The notes: generated from the sequence alone by a model not told the origin. A stretch of 64,000 nt of DNA from an uncultured Gammaproteobacteria bacterium (GCA_963830105.1 CAWHLH010000003.1:856373-920372), one strand, 5' to 3'. Numbered from the stretch's first letter, positions 10,217 through 20,972 are shown. Translations and numbers: made by a program.

Positions 10217-10619
10217 CCCCAGAAAGCCCGGCCGGGGAACCCTGCGGGGCTGGGGCGGCAGGGGACGGAACCGGAGCCTGCAAGCCACCGCAAACCGGCA
10301 CCTGGCGATGGCGCACCGTCCCACAATGGCCCAAGGACCCCGCCTTGGCTGCACCCGTCGGTCAGCCCGGCCAGGCTCTCCGTCAATCCGCTGGCGCCGG
10401 TTGGCGGGTAACGGATAAGGATAGCCAACCGACTGTCGGGGCCCCGCGGCATACAGCGGAGCCGCAATGGTCACAGCGGAGCAGCGTTCGGCATGAGGGA
10501 GGTGTGCTCAGCGCCCGCGCTTGCAAGGCCGCGCCCCCCCGACACGGACATTGAGCCTCAACAACCCGGGGCACAATGCCCTCTTCCGCAGGCCCGACCG
10601 TGTCGATCCCAATCCCGGT

Positions 10620-11579
10620 TTACGCCACCGCCCCATCACCAGCTCCAAAATGGGACACTGAAAAGGCGACTCGGGCATCGAGATCGTGCAGGCGGTAATG
10701 CTCGGCTTCCACGCGCCGCAATCGTGGCAGCAGCCCCGCCCGGTTGGCTATCTGAATGTTCAGACCCGGCCGCGCGTTGATTTCCAGCATCATGGGTCCG
10801 CGCTGTCCATCGAGCACGATGTCCACGCCTTGATAGCCGAGCCCGGTCATTTCGTAACAGCGCGCCGCAATCTCCAGCATGCGCGGCCAATGGGGAATGA
10901 GCACGTCACTGACAGGCTGACCGGTATCGGGGTGCTCGGTCACCACCTCGTTGCGCCAGACCGCTGCCAAGGTCCGCCCGCTGGCCATATCGACGCCGGC
11001 CCCGATTGCGCCCTGATGCAGGTTCGCCTTTCCCTCGGATGCGAGACTCGGCAGCCTGACCATGGCCATCACCGGAACCCCCAGAAAGACAATGATCCGC
11101 ACGTCGGGTACGCCCTGGTAACTGATCGCCTGGAACACCGGGTCGAACTGAACCCGATATTCGACCAACGCCTTGTCGGCATACCCGCCCAGGCTGTATA
11201 TACCCCCGAGGATGTTCGACACGTGATGCTCCAGCGCATCCCGGGCCAGCAGCGCGCCATTGACCTTGAGATACATCCCTTTGGAACGACCTGCGATCAC
11301 CACAATGCCGTCGCCCCCGCTGCCCCGCGCCGGCTTGACCACGAAATCGGGATAAGGCGACAGCGCCTCGTGAAGCCCGTGTACCTGATGTTCGATTTCC
11401 ACGACGGAATACAGCTCGGGCACGGAGATGCCAGCCTGCTGGGCAAGCCGTTTGGTCAGCAGCTTGTCATCGACCAGCGGCAGCAGGTGGCGTGGATTGT
11501 AACGCAGGGTAAAATCGCTGTTGCGCCGGTTCATTCCCAGCACACCGACCTGTTTCAGGCGCCTCCAGCTCCCGAGCAT
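10620..11579 (-). CDS. Alpha-L-glutamate ligase-like ATP-grasp protein (RimK-related)
   Basis: GVLGMNRRN, VDDKLLTK, FVVKPARGSGGDGI, GVPDVRIIV, GKANLHQGA, LEINARPGL. Confidence 0.9.
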   Translation of the reverse strand: MLGSWRRLKQVGVLGMNRRNSDFTLRYNPRHLLPLVDDKLLTKRLAQQAGISVPELYSVVEIEHQVHGLHEALSPYPDFVVKPARGSGGDGIVVIAGRSKGMYLKVNGALLARDALEHHVSNILGGIYSLGGYADKALVEYRVQFDPVFQAISYQGVPDVRIIVFLGVPVMAMVRLPSLASEGKANLHQGAIGAGVDMASGRTLAAVWRNEVVTEHPDTGQPVSDVLIPHWPRMLEIAARCYEMTGLGYQGVDIVLDGQRGPMMLEINARPGLNIQIANRAGLLPRLRRVEAEHYRLHDLDARVAFSVSHFGAGDGAVA

Positions 11580-13117
11580 CAATCGGACTCCCGGGAAAGT
11601 TCCCTGAAACGCCGCAGCTCCAGCAGCCGATAGCCGGAGTACCGCCCCAGCAACAAGACACCGGCCAGCAGCAGCAGGAGAAGCTCGGGAAAGACGAACA
11701 CCAGATGCTGCAGCCAGGACAGGTTCATGACCAGATACGCAAGCGAAGCCACCGCCAGACTGCCCAGCCCTTGCTGCAAGGCTTCGCTGCCGCCGCGTTC
11801 CTCCCAAACGATGGACATGCGTTCGATAGTCATGGTGAGGATCACCATTGGGAACAGCGCCACGGAAAGACCCTGGGGAAGACCCCACCGATGGGTGACC
11901 ACGCTCAGGGCAGCCATCAGCAGCACCACCACAATCAGCACGGCAGCCAACCGCGGCACCAACAGCAGCTTGAGCCGCTCCAAGTAGAATCGCGCCACCA
12001 GGCCCAAAGCCACCAGGAGACTGAACAGCACAACACCCCACACAAGCTGCGTCTGCCGGAACGCGAGTGCGATCAGTACCGGCATGAACGTCCCGAAGGT
12101 TTTGAAACCCACTACGTTGCGCATCACTACCAGGATGAACGCGCCCACCGGCACCAGCAGCATCACCCGGTAGACGAGTTGCGTCTCGATCGGCAGGCTG
12201 AACAGGGACAGCGCCAGCAGCTTGGGGGCCAACTGCCGCCCACGCTCGGTGGCGCCGCCCAGCGCGGTTTCCCCGCTACGGACCACTGCAAGACTCGTTT
12301 CCACCCGGTTGCCACCGCTGACCCGCACCAGCGGGCCCGGCCCATACCACCAGGTCAGGAAATCCTGCGGTAGCTCCTCGGCGCCGGACTGGACGTTGAA
12401 CGGACGCCACCGCTTATCCCCATAGACCTGCAGCCACTCCACCACTGGCGCGTCCCGTTCCAGCTCCTTCAGGTGGATACCATGTACGACCCGTGCCGGA
12501 TGCCCCGAGAGGGTGAGCAGTTCGGCGGCAACGCGGGCACGCTTCTGCGCTGTCGGGTTACGACCCAGCACGACCCGGACCCGACCGTCCTGACCGTTGA
12601 CGAGCCGGCGAACAAGCTCCGGGACAAGCGTCTCCAGGTCCGCCGAATGTGCCCGACTCTCCTCGATCAGAGACTCGGCTGCGGTGAGTTCGGCGCCGGT
12701 AAACGCCGGCTTTTCCGGCATTGGGGCGTCCGCGTCGTTGCGAGACCGCTCACCCGGGACCCGGTGCACCACTGCCCGATAGTAGAGGACCTGCTTTCCG
12801 CTGGCCTTGCGTATCGCCCACAGCACCCGCCGGTTGCCTCCGGAGGTTCCGGTAGTGATGCCGTAGTTGCGCGACACGAAAGCTTCATCACTCACCACGA
12901 ACCGGGCGCTGTCGCGGGGCAGAAGCAGCACAACCTTCGCCGCATCGCCCCTTGCCGCAAAAGCCACCCGCGCCTCCACATTCCAGCTCTCCGTGCCGCG
13001 CTTCGCAAGCAGCGGGAACCCGAGCACCAGCACCTTGAACGCGAATGCACCGAGAGACGTGATGACCAGGATCAGGACAACCGTTCTCAGGGCTCTGCTA
13101 CTGTTGTCCTGGCGCAT
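11579..13117 (-). CDS. Inactive transglutaminase-like / 7TM membrane protein
   Basis: C-terminal GFKTFGTFMPVLIALAF, LLLVPRL, FPMVILTMTIER, GRYSGYRLLEL; usual partner of the adjacent ligase. Confidence 0.85.
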   Translation of the reverse strand: MRQDNSSRALRTVVLILVITSLGAFAFKVLVLGFPLLAKRGTESWNVEARVAFAARGDAAKVVLLLPRDSARFVVSDEAFVSRNYGITTGTSGGNRRVLWAIRKASGKQVLYYRAVVHRVPGERSRNDADAPMPEKPAFTGAELTAAESLIEESRAHSADLETLVPELVRRLVNGQDGRVRVVLGRNPTAQKRARVAAELLTLSGHPARVVHGIHLKELERDAPVVEWLQVYGDKRWRPFNVQSGAEELPQDFLTWWYGPGPLVRVSGGNRVETSLAVVRSGETALGGATERGRQLAPKLLALSLFSLPIETQLVYRVMLLVPVGAFILVVMRNVVGFKTFGTFMPVLIALAFRQTQLVWGVVLFSLLVALGLVARFYLERLKLLLVPRLAAVLIVVVLLMAALSVVTHRWGLPQGLSVALFPMVILTMTIERMSIVWEERGGSEALQQGLGSLAVASLAYLVMNLSWLQHLVFVFPELLLLLLAGVLLLGRYSGYRLLELRRFRELSRESD

Positions 13118-13607
13118 TGCGGCACACTGGATCGCTCAAGAAGGTTCGCCCCGGATCGACGGTAAACTCCTTCTGCAGAAAACTGCGGCCAATGAGCATC
13201 TGATAGTTGAATCCGCTGCGGTCCACCAGATTCACCTCAGTCTCTTTGTAGACCCCCCCGAGACAGATGCCGAGCCGAATGACCGGCCGGTGCTGATCCG
13301 CGCCGAAGTGCCGTTTTATGGCCACGGTACGCACGACTCTGCGCTCCAGAGACACCGACCGTCCTTTCGTGTTGGTCACCGTGAAACGCACCCAGTTCTC
13401 CCCGTCGCGCGTGAACGTCTGCATGCAGTCGCAATTGAGCGATGAGGTTTTCGCTCCCGTGTCCATCTTGGCGCGAACCACAAGATCGCCCGGAAAGATG
13501 GCTACCCGTTCCACCCACCCGACCACCTGCTTGGTTTCCTGGGCGGACAGCCCTGTCGCACCTAACGGACCCAGCAACGCCAAAGCGAACGCCTGAAGAC
13601 AGACCAT
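13098..13607 (-). CDS. Putative ATP-dependent zinc protease family (retropepsin-like) protein
   Basis: VGWVE, AKMDTGAKTSSL, EVNLVDRSGFNYQMLIGRSFL; signal peptide; start uncertain (13607 or 13649). Confidence 0.85.
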   Translation of the reverse strand: MVCLQAFALALLGPLGATGLSAQETKQVVGWVERVAIFPGDLVVRAKMDTGAKTSSLNCDCMQTFTRDGENWVRFTVTNTKGRSVSLERRVVRTVAIKRHFGADQHRPVIRLGICLGGVYKETEVNLVDRSGFNYQMLIGRSFLQKEFTVDPGRTFLSDPVCRNAPGQQ

Positions 13608-13938
13608 CGCCCAAGCATGCCCACTTGTCCTTACATGCGTCCCGGTCACTCTCGCCCGTCCCCCGTCGCGGAATGATGGAGTCTCCGTACCCATATACCG
13701 CACCGGTAGGTGACAGACAAGGGGGAATTCTCCGCAGCCACGGGAAAGACGGGGACCGGCGCACTCGCCCCAAACCCGACGGGCCGGGGACGCTCCGGGC
13801 AGCCCCAGCGCGGCAGAAAAAGGCGTGCGGCATTGCCGGCGATGTCCATCACCCATCCGACCCGGCGCGTCCGGATCGAGCAAATCCCGGTTGCCGCCTT
13901 CCCCCACATCGCCGGGCACCGACGGCCAGGAGGGGCTG

Positions 13939-15309
13939 CTAGCGCTCCCGAGCCGCCTCAGTAACATAGCGGAGCAGCGGGTTCAGAAGATACTCGATCA
14001 GCCGCCGACGCCCCGTGTTGACCTCCAAAGTCACAGCCATACCCGGGATCAACCGGACCTGGCGATCCCCCACCTCCACGAAAGGCTGCTCCAGACGTGC
14101 CCGCGCGCCAAACACCAGTCGACCACTGCTGTCGGCGACCGCATCGGAGGATATATCCGTCAACTCGGCGGGGAGCACACCGTAGCGGGTGAAAGGGAAG
14201 GCGTCCAGCTTCACCTGCGCCTTCTGGCCGGTGCGGACAAAGCCGATATCCCGGTTCGCGATACGCGCATCCACCTCTAGGGCGCCGTTGACCGGCACGA
14301 TCACCATCAGTCGCTGCGCCGGTGTGACCACACCGCCGACCGTATGCACGGCAAGCTGTTGTATGACGCCGGAAACCGGGGCGCGCAGGCGTTGCAGGCT
14401 GGCCCGCCGGCGAGCTTTGACCAGATCCTCCTGCAAACCCTGGATACGGCGCTCGGTGCTGGAAAGCTCCGACAGCACCTGCACGCTGAACTCCGCGGCA
14501 GCCGCCCGCCGGCGCTGGTTAAGGGCTTCTATATCGGCCCGCAACCGGACCAACCCGGCGCGCTGGCTTGCAAGTGCCTGCCGGCGTTCGATGCGCTCCT
14601 GCTCCAAAGCCAGCCACTTCTGCTTTGATGCCAGCTGACGTGCAGCAAGCTGTTTGACCGCCTCGGCTCGCCTGCTGACCAACGGCACGATGGCCTCCAG
14701 CTTCGCCACTTCGACGCGCACCTGGTCGAGCTCGCTGCGTTTGCTTGCCACCGAACTGTCCAGGGAACGGAGGGTGGCGCTATGGGCCTGCCATTCACTC
14801 TCCAGACGGGCCTGCTGCAACACGGTCGTTTGCGGATCGAATTCCGTCCTCCCGCCAGCGGTTGCGGGTTCCGCCATGGTCCGGGAGGGACTGTGCCCCA
14901 TGGTATCGGGTTCCGAGGGAACACCGGTGGCGCGCCGGGCCAGACCCCGCAGCCGAGTCCGGTCCCGCCGTGCCGCTTGCAGCTCCTTTTGAAGCCGGCC
15001 AAAATCCGCTTCGCTGACGGTGGGATCGAGCTCGACCAGCAGATCGCCCGCCATCACCCGCTGGCCCTCGTCCACCCGGATAGCCCGCACAACGCCGGCC
15101 TCCAGGGGCTGAATAATCTTAACCCGCCCGGCCGGCACGAGCTTGCCTCTGGCCACTGCCACTATGTTGACCCGCCCGACATACGCCCATGTCACAGCCA
15201 GCACGAAGCCGCTCACGATGGTCCACAACACTAACCGCCCGAGCGGCGACGGCGGGCGTTGCTGGATTTCCAGGGCAGCGGGCAGAAACTCGTGTTCGAC
15301 GTTCGACAT
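13939..15309 (-). CDS. hlyD: HlyD family type I secretion membrane fusion protein
   Basis: EFLPAALEI, KIIQPLEAGVV, LRAPVSG..QQL..HTVGGVV, KLDAFPFTRYG, IEYLLNPL. Confidence 0.92.
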   Translation of the reverse strand: MSNVEHEFLPAALEIQQRPPSPLGRLVLWTIVSGFVLAVTWAYVGRVNIVAVARGKLVPAGRVKIIQPLEAGVVRAIRVDEGQRVMAGDLLVELDPTVSEADFGRLQKELQAARRDRTRLRGLARRATGVPSEPDTMGHSPSRTMAEPATAGGRTEFDPQTTVLQQARLESEWQAHSATLRSLDSSVASKRSELDQVRVEVAKLEAIVPLVSRRAEAVKQLAARQLASKQKWLALEQERIERRQALASQRAGLVRLRADIEALNQRRRAAAAEFSVQVLSELSSTERRIQGLQEDLVKARRRASLQRLRAPVSGVIQQLAVHTVGGVVTPAQRLMVIVPVNGALEVDARIANRDIGFVRTGQKAQVKLDAFPFTRYGVLPAELTDISSDAVADSSGRLVFGARARLEQPFVEVGDRQVRLIPGMAVTLEVNTGRRRLIEYLLNPLLRYVTEAARER

Positions 15310-15318
15310 CGATGATCC

Positions 15319-17496
15319 CTATCGTCGCCCTTGACGGGAATCGCGGCCCTGAGCCGTTCCGTTTTGATAGGCGTGCAAGCTGGCGAATCGACCTCCCCTG
15401 GCGAGCAGCGTCGCTGGCGAGCCGTCTTCCACGATACGGCCCTGCTCCATAACCACGATGCGATCCACCCCGCGCAGGGCCGACAGGCGGTGGGCAATGA
15501 CTATCACCGTACGGTCCTTGCAGATGGCAGCCAGGTTATTTTGAATGGCGAGTTCCGACTCGTAGTCCAGCGCGCTTGTTGCCTCGTCCAGAATCAGTAC
15601 GCGCGGATGGGCCGACAGCGCCCTGGCCAACGCGATGCGCTGGCGCTGACCGCCCGACAGACGGGCACCCTGTTCACCGACGGCGGTGTCATAACCTTCC
15701 GGCAACTGCACGATGAAATCGTGGGCCCCTGCCAACGTAGCCGCCCGCACCACTGCGTTCATGGACATCCCGGGGTCGCTCAACGCAACATTCTCCCGCA
15801 CGGACCCGCTGAACAGACGACTGTCCTGCAGAACCACGCCCACTTGGCGCCGCAGCCAGGTAGGGTCGACCAACGCCAGGTCCACTCCGTCCAACGACAC
15901 CCTGCCACTGTCGGGAACGTAAAGGCGTTGCGCCAACCTCGCGACGGTACTCTTTCCCGAGCCGGAGGCACCAACCACCCCGACCACCTCGCCGGATGGG
16001 ATATCCAGCGAGAACCCCCGCAGCACTTCGGGTCCGTTGGGCTGATAACGGAACGTCACATCATGGAATGTCACCCGCCCGTCCAACCGTGGCAACGGCG
16101 TCCGGCCCGGCCGATATGAAGGCTCGGTCGGTGCGTTGAGAATGTCGCCAAGACGGCGGATGGAGACGCCTGCCTGCTGGAAGTCCTGCCAAAGATGAAC
16201 CAGCCTCAACAGCGGCCCGCTGACGCGCATGGCCAACATGTTGAAGGCGACCAGCTGCCCGACCGACAACTGCCCGGCCATCACGGCTCGCGCACCGACC
16301 CAAAGAATCAATGCCACCGAGATCTTGTTTATAAAGGCTGCAGACTGGTTCGCTATGTTACCCAGCTGCGCAGCGCGGAAGCTCGCCTGCACATACCCTG
16401 CGAGCTGTTCCTCCCAGCGCCGCTGCGACTGGGGCTCCAACGCCATCGCCTTGAGGGTCTCCGCCTCACTGACCGATTCCACCAGAAACGAGTGGTTGTC
16501 GGCACTGCGATTGAACTTCTCCTGTACCCGCGCGCGCAGCAAGGGCGTCACCACCGCGGATAACAACAGGTAGAGCGGAAAGCTGCACAACACCACCGCG
16601 GTCAGGCGCGGACTGTAGGCGTACATGACGGCGAGGAATACCACCGTGAACGACAGGTCGATCACCACCGTGAGGGCCGACCCGGTAATGAAACTGCGGA
16701 TCGCTTCCAGCTCGCGAACTCTGGCGACCGAGTCGCCCACCCGGCGAACCTGGAAGTAGCTCAGCGGCAATGCGAGCAAGTGACGGAAAAGCTGCGCACC
16801 CAGCTCCACATCGACACGGTTGGTGGTATGGGCGAACAAGTACGTGCGCAGCCCTCCCAGCAAAACCTCGAAAGAGGCCACCAGCACCAGCCCGACGGCC
16901 AGCACATCAAGGGTCGAAATCGCCCTGTGGACGAGCACCTTGTCGATCACCACCTGGAAGAAAATGGGCGTAATGAGCGCAAGCAGCTGAAGGAAAAACG
17001 AGGCCAGGAGCACTTCCCCGAACAGTGCCCGGTACTTCGCGATAATCGGTATGAACCAGCTGTACCCGAAGCGCACCTGGGGATCCGAAAGAACCCCTCG
17101 CCTGGCTGTCAACAGCAGTTCGCCGCTCCACTGCGACTCAAATACGGCCCGTGACAGAGAAAGCGGCCTGCCAGTAAGCGGATCATGGACCAGAACGGCA
17201 TCCTGGGCAACGCGGGCTACAACCAGAAATCGCCCGTCCCGATGGCGGGCGATCGCGGGCAAAGGGGTACGGGACAGCCGCTGCCAACTGCTCGCTATGT
17301 GCCGCACCTTCAGTCCGAGAAAGCGACCGGCCCTGACCAGATCTTCGGTGGAAAAGGCTGCATCGGAACGCCCGAACCGGTGGCGGATCTGCCCGGCGTC
17401 GGCCGGTATGCCAAGAAAGCGCGCCACCAGGACAAGGCTGGAGAGCCCGCTGTCTACGGTCGGATTGTGCTGAACGGCGTGTGACACGGATATCAT
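15319..17496 (-). CDS. hlyB: Type I secretion ABC transporter (HlyB/CyaB-type, C39-like N-domain)
   Basis: FFQVVIDKVLVH, RVGDSVARVRELE, Walker A GASGSGKST, LSGGQRQR, ILDEATSALD. Confidence 0.92.
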   Translation of the reverse strand: MISVSHAVQHNPTVDSGLSSLVLVARFLGIPADAGQIRHRFGRSDAAFSTEDLVRAGRFLGLKVRHIASSWQRLSRTPLPAIARHRDGRFLVVARVAQDAVLVHDPLTGRPLSLSRAVFESQWSGELLLTARRGVLSDPQVRFGYSWFIPIIAKYRALFGEVLLASFFLQLLALITPIFFQVVIDKVLVHRAISTLDVLAVGLVLVASFEVLLGGLRTYLFAHTTNRVDVELGAQLFRHLLALPLSYFQVRRVGDSVARVRELEAIRSFITGSALTVVIDLSFTVVFLAVMYAYSPRLTAVVLCSFPLYLLLSAVVTPLLRARVQEKFNRSADNHSFLVESVSEAETLKAMALEPQSQRRWEEQLAGYVQASFRAAQLGNIANQSAAFINKISVALILWVGARAVMAGQLSVGQLVAFNMLAMRVSGPLLRLVHLWQDFQQAGVSIRRLGDILNAPTEPSYRPGRTPLPRLDGRVTFHDVTFRYQPNGPEVLRGFSLDIPSGEVVGVVGASGSGKSTVARLAQRLYVPDSGRVSLDGVDLALVDPTWLRRQVGVVLQDSRLFSGSVRENVALSDPGMSMNAVVRAATLAGAHDFIVQLPEGYDTAVGEQGARLSGGQRQRIALARALSAHPRVLILDEATSALDYESELAIQNNLAAICKDRTVIVIAHRLSALRGVDRIVVMEQGRIVEDGSPATLLARGGRFASLHAYQNGTAQGRDSRQGRR

Positions 17497-17807
17497 CCCT
17501 GATCCGCAAATGGCGCCGACTTCCCTGCCGGCGTGACCAAAAGACTAACGCCATGCCTGCAGAATCACAATTGGGAGGAACACGACAGATCATGTAGGTG
17601 TCGGCCTACACGCAGCATCGGATAGCGGTGCCATGTCCGGGCCCGCTATATGGAATATGCGATTGAGAAAAACACTTCTTGAATGACCAACGCTGTGCGC
17701 ATCCTGCCAGCTGACATTGCGGCTCGGCCATGCGTCGTTGTCTGCTCGCGGAAGCATGGGCCGTAAAGACCCGAACCGGGTCACGGACACCGCAGTAGCG
17801 GCTGAGC

Positions 17808-19145
17808 TCAACCCGCCTGCATACGGACCCGTATGCGGGCGCCGCCCAGGGAGCTGCGGTCGATGTCAATGCCGCCATGATAGGCACGGGCGATGTCCTG
17901 CACGACGGCCAGACCAATACCGTGGCCGGCAACTTCGGTATCGGCCCGCTCTCCTCTGTTAAGTACAACCCGGATCTTGTCCGCAGGAACGCCGGGGCCG
18001 TCGTCTTCGACTGTCAGCAACAGATCCCCGTCCAACCCTGCTTGCAGAGCGACGCGAACGACTCCGCTACACCACTTGAAGGCGTTGTCGGCCAGGTTGC
18101 CCACCAGTTCCATGAGATCGCCTTCGTCTCCGTGGAAGTACGCGTCCCGGGGGACTTCCACCTCTCCGCGCACAGTCTTTTCCCGATATACCTTGGCAAG
18201 ACTGGCCAGAACACGCTGCACTACCGGACCTATCGGCACCGGAGCCATCAGCGCGGTGCGTCCGGAGGTTGCGGCTCGCTGCAGCTGGTAGTCCACGATG
18301 TGGTTCATCCGATCAGTCTGCTCGCGTACGGTGACTCGAAGCTCACGGCTATCGGCGCCCTCCAATGCTCCACGCAAAACCGCCAGCGGGGTCTTCAGGG
18401 AATGAGCCAGATCCGCGAGACCGTCCCGATAGCGTTCGAGTTGACACCGTTCAGTCTCCAACAACGCATTGAGATTGTCGGTGAGCCCGCGCAGTTCTCT
18501 GGGATAACTGCCCTGCAAGCGCATTTGGGTGCCCGCCTGCACTGCGTTCAGGTCTCGCGCTGCATGGCGGAGCGGGGCAAGACTCCAGCGCAGTATGGTG
18601 CCCTGAAGCAGCAACAGCACCACGGCCGCCGCCCCCAACCACACGAGCAGGCTACGGCGGAACCGAGCGACTTCTGCACTGTAGGACGACATGTCTTCGG
18701 CCACGCTAAAGGTGTAGTTGCGCGAAGCCCCGCTATCGGTGTCCCACGCCACCCCGAAGCTGAGTTCGAACAGGCCGCCGCCAAAGCCGACGCGCTGGAA
18801 CTTCCACGCCCCCGGCGCAAGGGCGCGTGGCACGGGGAGGTTCTTGCCCAGTTCTGAAGCTGAACGCCAACGGGACCGACCGCTGGCGTCGACCACCTGG
18901 CCGTACAACCCCGAACCCGGCCGCTGCAGCCGCTCGTCAAAAAGCCGGGGCGGCATGTTCAGGACGCCCGATGAATTCACGTCGGCAGCGGCCAACAGGG
19001 CATAGATGTCAGCCTGCAGCCGCTGGTGCACGGCGGTCTGCGCGCTGTCGCGGAAGGAATGATCCAGGGCAAGTCCGCCCAACCCCAGAAACGCAGCGAG
19101 CGCGAGACTGGCTGCCAGTACCAGTCGAACCTGTAGCGAGCCCAT
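17808..19145 (-). CDS. phoQ: Two-component sensor histidine kinase, PhoQ-like
   Basis: Two TM segments, DLAHSLKTPL H-box, GDLMELVGNLADNAFK, GHGIGL; downstream of OmpR-family regulator. Confidence 0.75.
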   Translation of the reverse strand: MGSLQVRLVLAASLALAAFLGLGGLALDHSFRDSAQTAVHQRLQADIYALLAAADVNSSGVLNMPPRLFDERLQRPGSGLYGQVVDASGRSRWRSASELGKNLPVPRALAPGAWKFQRVGFGGGLFELSFGVAWDTDSGASRNYTFSVAEDMSSYSAEVARFRRSLLVWLGAAAVVLLLLQGTILRWSLAPLRHAARDLNAVQAGTQMRLQGSYPRELRGLTDNLNALLETERCQLERYRDGLADLAHSLKTPLAVLRGALEGADSRELRVTVREQTDRMNHIVDYQLQRAATSGRTALMAPVPIGPVVQRVLASLAKVYREKTVRGEVEVPRDAYFHGDEGDLMELVGNLADNAFKWCSGVVRVALQAGLDGDLLLTVEDDGPGVPADKIRVVLNRGERADTEVAGHGIGLAVVQDIARAYHGGIDIDRSSLGGARIRVRMQAG

Positions 19146-19825
19146 CAGGCCTCGCGGGCCAGGGCCAAGCGATAACCCTGCCCGCGCCGCGTTTCGATAG
19201 GGTTGAGGCTGTGGTCGGGATCAAGCTTGCGTCGCAGCCGACCGATCAACACCTCGATGACGTTGCTGTCCCGATCGAAGTCCTGATCGTAGATGTGCTC
19301 GGTAAGGGTGGTCTTGGAGACCACTTCGCCGGCGTGCACCATCAGGTACTCAAGAATGCGATATTCGTAGGAAGTGAGCTCCACCGGCCGGCCGCCTACG
19401 CTCACCGTCTGGGTGGCGGTGTCCAGCTCCACGGGACCACAGCGCAGCAGCGACTGCGCCCAACCGCCCGCACGCCGCACCAATGCCCGCAGACGGGCCA
19501 GCAGCTCCTCCATCTCAAACGGTTTGACCAGGTAGTCGTCCGCACCTGCCTCCAAACCCTGAACCTTGTCCTGCCAGCGGCCCCGTGCGGTGAGGATGAG
19601 AATGGGGAAGACCTTGCCGGCTGCGCGCAGATCGCGGATAACGTCCATCCCCGAACGTCCGGGAAGACCCAGATCCACCACCCCCACGTCGACCGGATAT
19701 TCGGACGCGAGGTACAGGCCTTGCTCTCCGTCGGGGGCACTGTCGACGGCGTAAGCTTCACGCTGCAGACGCTCCACCAGCTGGTCGCGCAGCGGTGCTT
19801 CGTCCTCGATTACCAGCACACGCAT
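19145..19825 (-). CDS. phoP: OmpR-family response regulator, PhoP-like
   Basis: PILILTARGRWQDKVQGLEAGADDYLVKPF, DRDSNVIEVLIGRLRRKL, IETRRGQGY; GTTCAG-N5-GTTCAG boxes upstream of the operon. Confidence 0.78.
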   Translation of the reverse strand: MRVLVIEDEAPLRDQLVERLQREAYAVDSAPDGEQGLYLASEYPVDVGVVDLGLPGRSGMDVIRDLRAAGKVFPILILTARGRWQDKVQGLEAGADDYLVKPFEMEELLARLRALVRRAGGWAQSLLRCGPVELDTATQTVSVGGRPVELTSYEYRILEYLMVHAGEVVSKTTLTEHIYDQDFDRDSNVIEVLIGRLRRKLDPDHSLNPIETRRGQGYRLALAREA

Positions 19826-19841
19826 GGTTTGTACGTCGCGC

Positions 19842-20135
19842 TCAGCGCAGCCACTTGCCGGTCCGCGCGTCCATGATCAGTACCCGGACACGGCCCCGAG
19901 GGGTCAGCACTTTGATGCGATACACCGGCTCGCCTCCTGAATCACTCGTCTCGACCGCCAGGACCCGTCCGCCAGTGCGGGCTTCGGCCTCCGCCACGGC
20001 TCGCCCGGGGGAGACGGCGGCACGCACGGATTGCGAGGGCTCATGGCCTGGACCGGCGGCCTGGACAGGCACCGCCGCCCCCAATGCCGCCCATGTCACT
20101 ACCAGCAGAGTCAGGATCGGAACGAACCTTGCCAT
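19842..20135 (-). CDS. PepSY domain secreted protein
   Basis: Signal peptide; TGGRVLAVE...YRIKVLTPRGRVRVLIMDARTG. Confidence 0.8.
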   Translation of the reverse strand: MARFVPILTLLVVTWAALGAAVPVQAAGPGHEPSQSVRAAVSPGRAVAEAEARTGGRVLAVETSDSGGEPVYRIKVLTPRGRVRVLIMDARTGKWLR

Positions 20136-20226
20136 AGGTGAAATCCCGTATTATCCAGGGTTGTCTGACCGGATGGTACTGGGCCCACCGCGCCCTGCCA
20201 AGCACTGCCGGGGGCGGCCCCGCAGT

Positions 20227-20772
20227 TTATGTGACGGGCACCGCCGTGACCTGCAGCCGCAGGTGTGACCCCGGATCGTGTTCCGTGCGAGTTACGAAAT
20301 TCCGTCCGTGATAACGATACGTGACCCGGTAGCCGACGACCCGCTGCTCGTCGTGGTATTCGTTCACGCTGCGGCAACGGGTTTCAGTCGTCGTGGTGTA
20401 GGCCGAACCACCCCCTTGCCGGCCGGCGGCGTCACGGGCAACGGAACCGCCCAGAAGCGCACCGGCGATCGTAGCAAGATCACGCCCCCGTCCGTTACCG
20501 ATATCGCTGCCCACGACACCGCCGATGATGCCGCCCACGATAACCGGCGTAGCGGATCGGTAGGCTGGTTCCACCGGCACTTGCACGTCCTGTTCCCAGC
20601 ACTCGCTGCGGGGCGTGGGTACACGCACATGGCGAATCACCCGATCGACGTTGATCACGCGCGCGTAGTCATAATAGGTGTCGGCATCCGACTCATGCCA
20701 CGGACCGGCGAACACGGGTGTGGCCGAGAGAACAATGACCAGCCCGACAACGCCCAACTGGTTCCCGTTCAT
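20227..20772 (-). CDS. Glycine zipper 2TM domain protein (YcfJ-like)
   Basis: YARVINV, ECW, GGIIGGVVGSDIGNGRGRDLATIAGALLGG, GYRVTYRY.G...RTEHDPG. Confidence 0.85.
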   Translation of the reverse strand: MNGNQLGVVGLVIVLSATPVFAGPWHESDADTYYDYARVINVDRVIRHVRVPTPRSECWEQDVQVPVEPAYRSATPVIVGGIIGGVVGSDIGNGRGRDLATIAGALLGGSVARDAAGRQGGGSAYTTTTETRCRSVNEYHDEQRVVGYRVTYRYHGRNFVTRTEHDPGSHLRLQVTAVPVT

Positions 20773-20885
20773 GACTCTTCTCCTCGGCTGTCAACGTCCG
20801 GCTTCAGCACCCGAACCATCGAATCCCGGTTGCACGCGCTCCACGCAGCTCGCCAACCGTTCGCCTACAGGCTATGGAACTGCAC

Positions 20886-20902
20886 CTGAACCAGCCCTGA
20901 AC
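20886..20902 (-). promoter_or_regulatory. PhoP-type box for the glycine zipper-pepSY-phoPQ operon
   Basis: Minus strand GTTCAG-GGCTG-GTTCAG, an 11-bp-period direct repeat matching the Pseudomonas PhoP GTTCAG-N5-GTTCAG motif. Confidence 0.7.
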
Positions 20903-20972
20903 GAATCCCGTGCGGGCAGAAAGACAGACGGGATGGTCTCGCGAACGGCGCCATCGCCGCCACGGCATGCGT

